From positions 5,688-69,687 of the forward strand of contig CAZTBI010000001.1 in the NCBI GenBank assembly GCA_964612055.1: a stretch of DNA of 64,000 bases. Reading direction: 5' to 3'. A program made the position numbers and the translations under genes. The notes beneath the pieces were generated by a model. That model was not told the origin of the DNA. It ran no database searches and worked only from the letters and a program-made list of their open reading frames with translations. Each line of letters starts with the position of its first letter. Position 1 is the stretch's first letter. Below are positions 1 to 8,204 of this stretch, piece by piece. Source of the DNA: an uncultured Bdellovibrionales bacterium. GTDB lineage: Bacteria > Patescibacteriota > Minisyncoccia > Moranbacterales > UBA1568.

Positions 1-238
1 AAAAGTCCTCCACACCTGACCGTACCAGAGGTGCGAAAAGGAGGCAGATTTGTGTTCAACCAGGGGGAGCTCGCATCGTCGCAGCTCCCCTTAACCCTTT
101 TTAGGCTAAAATGAGTATCCAGCGGAAGCTGGTTTTTGTTTGACTTCGCCTCGCCTTTTTGCGATACTAGTTCTTCAGTTCTTTGGTGGTTTTCCTTTGG
201 GAAGGCTGGTGTGTGACGTTGTTTTGTAGGAGAGTGTC

Positions 239-748
239 ATGTCTGAGATGAAAGTGCCTGTGGGAAGCCTGGTCGGTGTTCCGAATGTGGCTCATTCCGG
301 CTATCGACTCGGGTTGGTCGTAGATCAAGGGGCTGGAGAGCGTTGGGCCGCAAAGGATCCCACCCCTCCCCACAAGCCTGAATCATCCAAGGTAATACTT
401 CTCGTCCGACTGTTGGGGCTGTGTCAAGAAGAGGCCTGGCATGACGACAGCGACAAGGTGTGGGGTCGGGAACCCCGACGGACCCAGACGGTCCGCTGGG
501 CCTATGTCCAGACCACCCCGAATCCTCCCTGGGTGATCGCTGGTCCAGACACGGGCTCCATCGAGGAGTTTTTCGGTGCTTGCAGGACTTGCGAAAAGCT
601 CGGTATGACCGGGGCAACGTTCATGGTCGACCTGTCGATCCTGCTCGGTCACCTCAAGCAAAACAAGCTGGTGGTGGACGATACGGGCATCTTTGAACGG
701 CGCTATCGGGCGATGCTTGCCGACATATTGCCCTTGCCGAGTGAATGA
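239..748 (+). CDS. hypothetical protein (169 aa) in high-GC islet
   Basis: ORF with AGGAG 8 nt upstream of ATG; GC3-rich codons unlike bulk genome; no recognisable domain. Confidence 0.4.
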   Translation: MSEMKVPVGSLVGVPNVAHSGYRLGLVVDQGAGERWAAKDPTPPHKPESSKVILLVRLLGLCQEEAWHDDSDKVWGREPRRTQTVRWAYVQTTPNPPWVIAGPDTGSIEEFFGACRTCEKLGMTGATFMVDLSILLGHLKQNKLVVDDTGIFERRYRAMLADILPLPSE

Positions 749-1217
749 ACATGAGAAGGTGTTGAGGTTTGCTGCGCTGCGCGCGGTGAGCCTTTTTTCT
801 TTTTACAGCTGTATCATCTTGACAGTAATGAGGAAATATGCGATTATAGAGTTCCTGAATAGAAAAAGGTAACTTCACAGAGTATCAAGACTTTTGAGAG
901 ATACGTTCTCAGAGGTGTCCTGCCAACATTATCCGAAGGCTATCTCCCTCCCTGGGTGGCCAAAGGAACGGCGGTGTAGCTGTCTTCGAGCAGCAACAAG
1001 ACGATCTTCTTTTGGCTGATCCCCACGAGAAACCATCTGCTTGTCCGAATGTTGGGGTAAGGGTCAGTGTCCAGTCGTTTAGCGAGTTCACTTGACCTAA
1101 GCCATGCTGAAGAGGAGGGTGGTCTACGTGCCATCCTCCTCTTCTCCCAAAAGTATTGATGGAAACATCTCTTTAGTAAGTGGTGTTTTTGTTTTATTTA
1201 AAGCCCATTTTGAACAA

Positions 1218-1246
1218 TTGACAAAATGGTAAAAATGTGCTAATAT
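1218..1246 (+). promoter_or_regulatory. sigma70-like promoter TTGACA-N17-TAATAT
   Basis: TTGACA 1218-1223, 17-nt spacer, TAATAT 1241-1246; about 100 nt upstream of ORF 1354. Confidence 0.4.
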
Positions 1247-1353
1247 AAAACGTTGATTTAAAAATGTGTTTTTGGAAGAAATGCTAAATATGGCTGGCTC
1301 AGAGAGCTTGTCATAGAGGCGTTTTTTCCAACCCTAAAGAGGAAGAGGCGAAG

Positions 1354-1611
1354 ATGACTGTCAAAACTGTCACCGTATGGCGCACCACTGGCGATGGCCG
1401 GCAGTGCAAGTCCCACGAGATCATCGGCTCCAAGGTTCGCACCTCGGTCGGCCAGGAAGGCACTAGCGAAAAGCCGCAAGGCCATCGGCCTTCCGGAAAG
1501 ACCCTGGCCGACTTCCTGATCAGGGATCCCGAACCGACGGCATCGTCTGTCCGTCGCGCCGGGTTCCGTTCCCGCGGTTCCTCGCTCTGCCTGCATCAGC
1601 ATTCGCTGTAA
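1354..1611 (+). CDS. hypothetical small basic protein (85 aa), GC3-rich
   Basis: AGGAAGAGG RBS before ATG; third-codon positions about 75% G/C; followed by hairpin 1631-1668. Confidence 0.3.
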   Translation: MTVKTVTVWRTTGDGRQCKSHEIIGSKVRTSVGQEGTSEKPQGHRPSGKTLADFLIRDPEPTASSVRRAGFRSRGSSLCLHQHSL

Positions 1612-1672
1612 GGCAGCCCCTCAACCCGAAGCTCCTGCTGTCCCTTGTGACACCAGGAGCTTTCAAATTTTA

Positions 1673-2065
1673 TTGACAAGTTCGGGGTGATTTTGCTATA
1701 TTCTCCCCAAGTTCGATTGACAACTTTTATTAGAATTCTTGAGAGAGATTTCTCCAAGGTTTTTCTAGCGCTTGTTTGCGGTAAGGCAGGGGATGACAGG
1801 GTTCCCCAAGGCTGATACCGCTCTTGTGATAGCGACACGGGGGTCGCCTTATCATAAGGCAGTCACTGGGATAGTGGCGGCAGAGAGTGTTGCGGGGTCG
1901 AGTCTGCATCCCGCACAACCTTTGTAAGCAGCATGCGCTGGGGGAGGCTCGGGTGTTCACATCCGGGTCGTCCTATTCGAGGGGAAGCAAGTGAATCACT
2001 TCGCTTCCTTCCTTCTCAAGAATTCTGATATCTCAAAAACACCTTTCGAGGTGTTTTTTGTTTTT
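1673..2065 (+). ncRNA. candidate non-coding transcript (promoter to intrinsic terminator, about 370 nt), identity unknown
   Basis: TTGACA at 1673-1678 with TATATT-like -10 at about 1698; no convincing ORF; terminator ACACCT-TTCG-AGGTGT plus T-run at 2036-2065; GTAAGGCAG motif repeated three times. Confidence 0.25.
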
Positions 2066-2205
2066 ATAAGTCTCGCAATCTGACACTTGCCTTTTTATGA
2101 AAGTGGGTGTAGAGCGGGTGTATAATAAAAACAGCAGGGAGTGCCGGTGGCACCAAGGTCGATCCCATATTTCTTTAGGGTGATAACTATTATCTTTACA
2201 ACACT

Positions 2206-2421
2206 ATGAATATGCATAAACTCGCTTTTGTGCTTTTGGTAGTCGGAGGTTTGAACTGGCTCTTGCAGGGTGTCTTGGGATGGGAAATTGGCTCTTTCAT
2301 CGGAGGCATGGACTCTATGCCAGCCCGTGTCATCTATGTCCTGGTGGGACTAGCCGCTATCTATGAGGTAGCGACCCACAAGGGAAACTGCAAGATGTGC
2401 GGGACGTCTCAGTCAATGTAA
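2206..2421 (+). CDS. DUF378 family small membrane protein
   Basis: KLAFVLLVVGGLNWLLQGV...ARVIYVLVGLAAIYE matches the DUF378 pattern. Confidence 0.65.
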   Translation: MNMHKLAFVLLVVGGLNWLLQGVLGWEIGSFIGGMDSMPARVIYVLVGLAAIYEVATHKGNCKMCGTSQSM

Positions 2422-2519
2422 AGAAAGTACATCTGGCCACCTCGCTTCCGTGGGGTGGCTTTTGTTTTGGTCGGAAAAAAGCGTTATACTGGAGTCAGAG
2501 TAATTTTTGAAATGCGGGT

Positions 2520-3281
2520 ATGCAAGAAAATATGGTAAAAATGATCAAAGCAGCAGCTCTTGTTTTGATAGCGGTGGCGGCAGTGATGGCATCGTATCAG
2601 TATAAACTTTCGGTTAGTGGCACCTATCCGACGAGGACATTCTCGGTGGATGGGACGGGTGAGATTGATGCTGTTCCAGACCTCGCTACTTTTTCAGTGA
2701 CCGTGACGACGGATGGTGGGAAGAATGTGACTGAGGTACAAACAGCGAATACGGAGAAGATGAATACGGTGACAGCATTTCTCAAAGAGCAGGGAATCGA
2801 TAAGAAAGATTTGAAGACGAGTCAGTATAACCTCTCGCCGCGGTATAGCTACGTACAGTGTTTTGCAGCAGGGAATTGCCCAGCCCCGACTATTACAGGT
2901 TACAATCTTACGCAGACTTTGGAAGTGAAGGTGCGCGAGAGCGATAAGCTCGGTGATTTACTCTCAGGCGTGGTGACGAGTGGTGCTAATAGTGTTTCGG
3001 AGGTGCGTTTTGTTGTAGATGATGACACAGAAGCTAAGGATGCAGCTCGCGAAGAAGCGATAGCGGATGCCAAGAAGAAGGCAAAAGCAACAGCCAAAGC
3101 TGCTGGGTTTCGTCTTGGGAAACTCGTAACGTTGTATGAAAATGCTACCCCAGTTATGCCGTATGGTATGGGTGGAGCTCTCGATATGGCGGCTACGAAG
3201 TCTGAGGCTGTCCCAGTAGTGGAGCCAGGGACGCAGTCGACCAAGGTGCAGGTGACTCTGACCTACGAAGTCAAAGACTAG
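2520..3281 (+). CDS. SIMPL domain (DUF541) periplasmic protein
   Basis: N-terminal TM/signal, SIMPL-like core; terminator follows. Confidence 0.65.
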   Translation: MQENMVKMIKAAALVLIAVAAVMASYQYKLSVSGTYPTRTFSVDGTGEIDAVPDLATFSVTVTTDGGKNVTEVQTANTEKMNTVTAFLKEQGIDKKDLKTSQYNLSPRYSYVQCFAAGNCPAPTITGYNLTQTLEVKVRESDKLGDLLSGVVTSGANSVSEVRFVVDDDTEAKDAAREEAIADAKKKAKATAKAAGFRLGKLVTLYENATPVMPYGMGGALDMAATKSEAVPVVEPGTQSTKVQVTLTYEVKD

Positions 3282-3291
3282 AAATCAAAAG

Positions 3292-3330
3292 AAAGAACCC
3301 GCCCTTTTCCGAGGGCGGGTTTTGTTTTAG
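3292..3330 (+). terminator. rho-independent terminator
   Basis: AACCCGCCC-loop-GGGCGGGTT followed by TTTTGTTTT. Confidence 0.7.
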
Positions 3331-3341
3331 GGAGGGATTTG

Positions 3342-3473
3342 ATCCCGCACCTTTTTAGCTTCAAAGTTTTAATTATCAAGGAGTAGTTTGTTGAGTGATG
3401 AACGCAAGCAGGTGGATAGAGGTTTTTTTAGGGCGCATACATCCGTTTTTGTTAAGCTAAAAAGGTGCGGGAT
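3342..3473. repeat. perfect 20-bp inverted repeat (ATCCCGCACCTTTTTAGCTT) with 92-bp spacer
   Basis: arms 3342-3361 and 3454-3473 are exact reverse complements; right arm abuts the lexA -35. Confidence 0.8.
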
Positions 3474-3500
3474 TGACAACTTAAAAATCAGTTGTATACT
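3473..3500 (+). promoter_or_regulatory. lexA promoter (TTGACA-N16/17-TATACT) with candidate operator just downstream
   Basis: TTGACA 3473-3478, TATACT 3495-3500; TAGTGTAA at 3505-3512 recurs at 4183-4190 before the next gene. Confidence 0.45.
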
Positions 3501-3530
3501 TCATAGTGTAATATAGATAAACAAAAAAGT

Positions 3531-4184
3531 ATGCAAATTTTAACACCCAAGCAGAAGATCGTACTCCAGGCGATTAAGGAGTTTTTCTCCGAAAATGGAG
3601 CTATGCCGACGGTTCGAGAGATCCAAGAGGTATCGGGAAAACTGGGACTGAAGCTAAAGAGTCTACGGAGCTTTTTTATCTACTTGAATGAGCTTGAAGA
3701 AAAGGGCTATATCGAACGTACCTCGGAGGATCGTGGGATTAAGTTGAAAGGGGTCACCCAGGATAGTTTCTTAGATGTACCGGTCTTTGGTATGGCCAAT
3801 GCTGGGGCGGCCACTATGTTTGCGGAGCAGTATATCGAAGGTTACCTGAAGGTTTCGAAGCGCATCGTCCGTGATAGCCGCAATGTTTTTGCAATACAGG
3901 TATCAGGGACTTCTATGAATAAAGCGCGGGTGAATAGTAAAACCATTCAAAACGGAGACTTTATTCTTGTGGATTCAACCTGGAAGCACTACGACAATGG
4001 TGACAAAGTGCTGGTGGTGATCAATGGTATGGCAACGGTAAAAACCTACCGCACGGTTGATGGGAAAAATATCGTTCTCTTGCCGGAATCTACCGACAAA
4101 AAGCATAAACCGATCTTTCTGACAGAAGAAGATGACTTCGTGATTAATGGCAAAGTTATCGATGTATTGAAGCTCGGTTCTTAG
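3531..4184 (+). CDS. lexA: LexA transcriptional repressor (S24 peptidase)
   Basis: N-terminal wHTH, Ala-Gly cleavage region, GTSM serine and VKTY lysine of the S24 dyad. Confidence 0.85.
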   Translation: MQILTPKQKIVLQAIKEFFSENGAMPTVREIQEVSGKLGLKLKSLRSFFIYLNELEEKGYIERTSEDRGIKLKGVTQDSFLDVPVFGMANAGAATMFAEQYIEGYLKVSKRIVRDSRNVFAIQVSGTSMNKARVNSKTIQNGDFILVDSTWKHYDNGDKVLVVINGMATVKTYRTVDGKNIVLLPESTDKKHKPIFLTEEDDFVINGKVIDVLKLGS

Positions 4185-4230
4185 TGTAAAGTGAGCGGAG
4201 AGCTTCGTCTAAGCATGATATAATAGGGGC

Positions 4231-5625
4231 ATGCGGAATATGTACGATATCCGCCGCTTGTGGTTGCGGCGAATGGTGAAACTCCATACGTTTCTTTTCA
4301 CTGTCTCCTTAGGAGTGTATTTTGTTTTGGCTTTTTTTGATCCAGGGCTTCTCTCCTACGACCTCCGTCAGAAATTTCATGCTCTGGCAGACGAGACGAT
4401 TGCGGTGACGGCGACTGTTCTCGGTCCACCGGCACAACCGGTCGTGACAGCAGTTGCGGATTGCGACGAAACAAGTGGCGTGCTGAGTGTCGAGCTTGAT
4501 TGGGCAGATGATACCAATACCTATACTTATGACATTGAGCGGGATAGCGCGCCTTTGGTGAGCGGTCTTTCGAGCTCTGCCTACAGTGATACAAATGTTG
4601 TCGTAAGTACAGCCTATGAGTATGAGGTGACCGCTAATGGTCCTATGGGATCGGGTCAGGCGACATCAGACCCCGTCTCGGTGACGACTCCGGCCCTATG
4701 CGAGATCACAGCTGCTACTCCGACTGTGACTATTGTCTCCTTCTCTGGGAAAAACGTCGATTCTTATGATGGAACACCGCGTGTCAGTAACCGGCGGCCT
4801 CTCTTTACTGGGACGACGAGTATGCCGGGCGCTACTATACTTGTAACGATTGGAAACAGCTTCATCGCGGAATTTTCTGCCAATGAGAATGGGTATTGGG
4901 AATGGCGGCCACCGTATAGTATCTCATCGGGGGCGCATACCTTTACTGTGACAGCGACTGATCCAGATGATGGTTCTCGGCAGGCAACAGCGACACTGCG
5001 TTTTGATACCTTGAAAGAGAGCGATGCTGCTCAGGATGGGAAGAAGAAAGATAATCCGCTCTTAGGGGGCGGAGTTGGACAGAGTTCTTCAAGTAGTGGT
5101 CCGGGGTCTATGAATATCTCACTTTCTTTTGAGAATGATGAGTCCTTGGTACTTCAGGGAAAAGAGCTGAAACTCCACATGATGATCAGGTCGCTTATCG
5201 AACGGTACACTCATATCACCATCCCTATTCGTTATAGTTTCATCGATCAGGATTATGAGATTATTTCTTCAGAGATGCGGGACTCCTATATCGTGAATGA
5301 AGGGGAGATCCGCGAATCCTTTCCTATTCCATCATATATGTTGCCGGGGAACTACTTCCTTCAGGTGGAACTTCTTTTTGATGACATGAATATCAGTCGT
5401 ATGATACCGTTTTCTGTACAAGAGCTTCCCTTGATACAGCTTTCTAGCGGCGAGGCTGTCACCTATGCGGATGTTATTCGCAATCTCGGTTGGATAGTTT
5501 TTTTCTTCCTATTTCTCTTTCTTTTCTGGTGCTTCCTTTTCATCCGTGAGTTTGCGTTGTCTCTTCGAAGGGATAAGGAAGTGACGGAATATGATTTGAA
5601 AAAAGCAGGGTTTATTCGTAAATAG
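4231..5625 (+). CDS. membrane-anchored protein with FN3 and Ig-like domains (464 aa)
   Basis: N- and C-terminal TM helices; FN3-like block (TYTYDIERDSAPLV...YEYEVTANG); TATAAT at 4217-4222. Confidence 0.5.
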   Translation: MRNMYDIRRLWLRRMVKLHTFLFTVSLGVYFVLAFFDPGLLSYDLRQKFHALADETIAVTATVLGPPAQPVVTAVADCDETSGVLSVELDWADDTNTYTYDIERDSAPLVSGLSSSAYSDTNVVVSTAYEYEVTANGPMGSGQATSDPVSVTTPALCEITAATPTVTIVSFSGKNVDSYDGTPRVSNRRPLFTGTTSMPGATILVTIGNSFIAEFSANENGYWEWRPPYSISSGAHTFTVTATDPDDGSRQATATLRFDTLKESDAAQDGKKKDNPLLGGGVGQSSSSSGPGSMNISLSFENDESLVLQGKELKLHMMIRSLIERYTHITIPIRYSFIDQDYEIISSEMRDSYIVNEGEIRESFPIPSYMLPGNYFLQVELLFDDMNISRMIPFSVQELPLIQLSSGEAVTYADVIRNLGWIVFFFLFLFLFWCFLFIREFALSLRRDKEVTEYDLKKAGFIRK

Positions 5626-5640
5626 AAAGGGGGTGTCACT

Positions 5641-5949
5641 ATGAATATGGATATGATATTTCTTGGAGTGGATATGTTGACTATCGGATTGTTTCTTCTG
5701 GTGTTAGTATTTTCGATCGGTATCGTCTGGCGCGTAGAGAAGGAACTCGACTGGTCGTACAAGTTTTTCGTAGTGGCCGCCACCAGTGTTATGCTGGCTG
5801 ATGTCTTTGGACTGTACGCTGTCGGGCAGGGATCTACGACGATCTTACTTGGCAAAGGCTTGCGCTTCGTCGGTGCGGTAGCCTTTCTCGTGAGCGTGCT
5901 TTTTATGCGCGACATTGTACGTCGGCTCGATCATGAAAAGAAGAATTAA
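5641..5949 (+). CDS. small integral membrane protein (102 aa)
   Basis: AAAGGGGGTG RBS; three predicted TM segments. Confidence 0.5.
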   Translation: MNMDMIFLGVDMLTIGLFLLVLVFSIGIVWRVEKELDWSYKFFVVAATSVMLADVFGLYAVGQGSTTILLGKGLRFVGAVAFLVSVLFMRDIVRRLDHEKKN

Positions 5950-5951
5950 TT

Positions 5952-6497
5952 ATGGCTTATCTCAGTACTCCAAAGGTTGTTTTCCCCATTGATCCATACC
6001 GGGTAAATGGTGCCTCTTTCGGAAAGCGCGCTGCTTATGAAGGGGTATTTTGGGGTGTGCACTTGGGAGAGGACTGTGTCGTACCAGCAGGTACTGATGT
6101 CCGGGCGATTGGGCGTGGAACAGTAGTGTACGCCGCTCTCCATGTTGGTTCAAGTGAAAAGGGTAACTGGGGGTATATCGTGATTATTCGTCACAAACGG
6201 CCTCGTTCTAAAGACGTGTTTTATTCCTTGTATGGACATTTAGGTGCGAGTTTCAAGCGGATCGGAGAAAAAGTAGATGCTGGTGAGCCGCTTGGGTTTG
6301 TTGGCGAGGCCTTTACTCCCGAGAATGGTTTCTGGGAAGCTCACCTTCATTTTGCTATCTATACTGGCCCCTGGAAGGATGAGGTGTTGCCTGGTTATTG
6401 GAAGGATGGTGAAACTCGTACTCGCCCCGAATGGTGGCAGGTACCAAGTGAATTCATCATCAATTACGGTAAAGATGCACAGAAAAAAACTGCCTAG
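5952..6497 (+). CDS. M23 family metallopeptidase (LytM domain)
   Basis: HLGED ... YGHL ... HLHFAIY motif order typical of M23. Confidence 0.7.
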   Translation: MAYLSTPKVVFPIDPYRVNGASFGKRAAYEGVFWGVHLGEDCVVPAGTDVRAIGRGTVVYAALHVGSSEKGNWGYIVIIRHKRPRSKDVFYSLYGHLGASFKRIGEKVDAGEPLGFVGEAFTPENGFWEAHLHFAIYTGPWKDEVLPGYWKDGETRTRPEWWQVPSEFIINYGKDAQKKTA

Positions 6498-6515
6498 AAG
6501 GCAGTTTTTTTTCGT
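6483..6515 (+). terminator. rho-independent terminator
   Basis: CTGCCT-AGAA-GGCAG followed by T8. Confidence 0.7.
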
Positions 6516-6531
6516 CAATTTGTGCGCTCGG
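6511..6531. repeat. 21-bp duplicate of tRNA-Arg(TCG) 3' end plus flank (TTCGTCAATTTGTGCGCTCGG)
   Basis: identical to 6760-6780, which overlaps the true tRNA 3' end. Confidence 0.8.
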
Positions 6532-6612
6532 CCTGCTTCGGCCCATGCCCTTGGGACGAGAGGGGATTGGTCACAGATTCGGAGGGGATCAGTCACAGCC
6601 GGCTTTAAATCG

Positions 6613-6741
6613 GAGGGAATCTCCCTCGACTAAACCTTTGTTGTCACAAAGGTTTGTCTGGGCACCGCCTCACGATTTCGTCTGCTGACGAAATAACGTT
6701 CCGGCGTTCGACCCCCTACGCAAGCCAAGCAGTTGGCTTGC
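6613..6741. other. ORF-free segment with four stem-loops and degenerate tandem GAGGGGAT(T/C)NGTCACAG
   Basis: hairpins at 6613-6627, 6632-6655, 6675-6694, 6720-6741 (8-9 bp stems). Confidence 0.5.
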
Positions 6742-6771
6742 TCCGAGGCGCAAATTTCCTTCGTCAATTTG

Positions 6772-6845
6772 TGCGCTCGGAGGGGATCGAACCCCCGACC
6801 CTCTGGTTCGAAGCCAGATGCTCTAATCCACTGAGCTACGAGCGC
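6772..6845 (-). tRNA. tRNA-Arg (anticodon TCG)
   Basis: cloverleaf resolved by hand; acceptor GCGCTCG/CGAGCGC, loop CTTCGAA; no encoded CCA. Confidence 0.85.
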
Positions 6846-7676
6846 TTAGATAGCTACTGTACCTGATTTTGGTTCCTTGGTCAATGGAAGGAGCTTCCAC
6901 AGAAAGCGTCGGTGAGTATAGAGATTTCCGATAAGAAGTGCGATCACATAGGCCTCAACGAAGTGGAAAAAGAGTCCAATGGCAACAAGGCTACCAACAA
7001 GCATGCCGTAGACGATTTGTTCTTTCTTTGTGTTCGGTGAGGTCTTTGGTTCTGGTACCATCACGAGAAGAAAGAAGAGAAGAGTACCTTCGAGAGCAAT
7101 GTAGAGTGGGTTCTGACCAAAGAGAATGGTATATACAAGGGAAAAGGCTACGAGGGCGGCGACACTGACGGCGAGTTTTCGGTAACGATAGGCGACGTAG
7201 CCAGCACAAGTGAGGGTGAAGAATGCGATGATACTGATCTCTTCGCCGAAGAGGGGTATACGTGGAGCTGGGTTCACGCCCCACCAAGAAGGGAAGAATC
7301 CAAAGACACTCAAAATGAGTGTGCCGAGAGCTGCTGGGTTCCACAGAGGACCGCCTGTGGTCCGGAAGAAGTATTGGCAGGCCTCTGTCACGACTCCAAG
7401 GGCGAAAAAGACCCACCAGGGAGAGAAAGAATCAAAGAGGAGGAAGAGGATAAGTGCGGTAATAATACGATGCTCAATGCGAAAGGTGGCTTGCGGGTCG
7501 ATGCCTTTGACGATGAGGAATCGAATCAGGAGACCGGAGGTGAAGAGAAGGGCGAGATTACGTATCTGGATAGCCCAGGATGATACGTCGGTACCGCTCC
7601 AGGCATAGGACGACCAGAGAGCAAGAACCTGGAGGAAGATAATGAGGATATTGATTGGAAGAAGTCTATTTTTCAT
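6846..7676 (-). CDS. polytopic membrane protein, possibly NqrB/RnfD-like
   Basis: about 8 TM; TGGPLWNPAALG resembles the RnfD GQNPFNPAM region; abuts the tRNA. Confidence 0.35.
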   Translation of the reverse strand: MKNRLLPINILIIFLQVLALWSSYAWSGTDVSSWAIQIRNLALLFTSGLLIRFLIVKGIDPQATFRIEHRIITALILFLLFDSFSPWWVFFALGVVTEACQYFFRTTGGPLWNPAALGTLILSVFGFFPSWWGVNPAPRIPLFGEEISIIAFFTLTCAGYVAYRYRKLAVSVAALVAFSLVYTILFGQNPLYIALEGTLLFFLLVMVPEPKTSPNTKKEQIVYGMLVGSLVAIGLFFHFVEAYVIALLIGNLYTHRRFLWKLLPLTKEPKSGTVAI

Positions 7677-7715
7677 GTTATTATTCTACAGGGTTAATAA
7701 TTTTTTTCCAAATAT

Positions 7716-8195
7716 ATGGCTATTATCAGCAAGAAGACCGCTCTCGTGTGGGTACTCATTGTGGCGGGAGCGGTGACGCTCTGGAAGTTCGTTTGGAAAT
7801 CGGAGAACGATGATGCTATGATGGCCCCTGCTACCACGCGTACTACGGAGCCGGTGTCGGGAAATGGCGCGATGATGGAGAGTCGGAATCCAGCCATGAT
7901 GGCCGATAAGAAGATTGTCACAACTCGGACAAGTTACAAGAATCCAGCCGGAGAGGACGAGGTGGCATTTTCTCTGACGGTAGACGATAACGGTGTCATC
8001 ACGGATGCTGCTACTGAAGTATTGGCTATCCATGATATTTCAAAGATGCGCCAAGTCGCTTTTTCGGATGGGTTGCTAGCGGTTCTCAAGGGAAAGAAAT
8101 TGAACGAGTTATCCTCCATCGATAGAGTTGGTGGGTCTTCGCTGACGACGACCGCTTTCAACAAGGCGCTTCCAGAATTGAAGGCGCAGCTCTAA
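7716..8195 (+). CDS. FMN-binding domain protein (NqrC/RnfG-like), membrane-anchored
   Basis: N-terminal TM; C-terminal DRVGGSSLTTTAF resembles the flavinylation motif region. Confidence 0.5.
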   Translation: MAIISKKTALVWVLIVAGAVTLWKFVWKSENDDAMMAPATTRTTEPVSGNGAMMESRNPAMMADKKIVTTRTSYKNPAGEDEVAFSLTVDDNGVITDAATEVLAIHDISKMRQVAFSDGLLAVLKGKKLNELSSIDRVGGSSLTTTAFNKALPELKAQL

Positions 8196-8204
8196 TTTCC
8201 AGAC

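Noticed and set aside
3502-3517. Classical LexA boxes (CTGT-N8-ACAG or GAAC-N4-GTTC) in the lexA promoter
   Set aside because: Neither consensus is present within 150 bp upstream of lexA. Only the non-palindromic TAGTGTAA element recurs, and it is reported above as a hypothesis.
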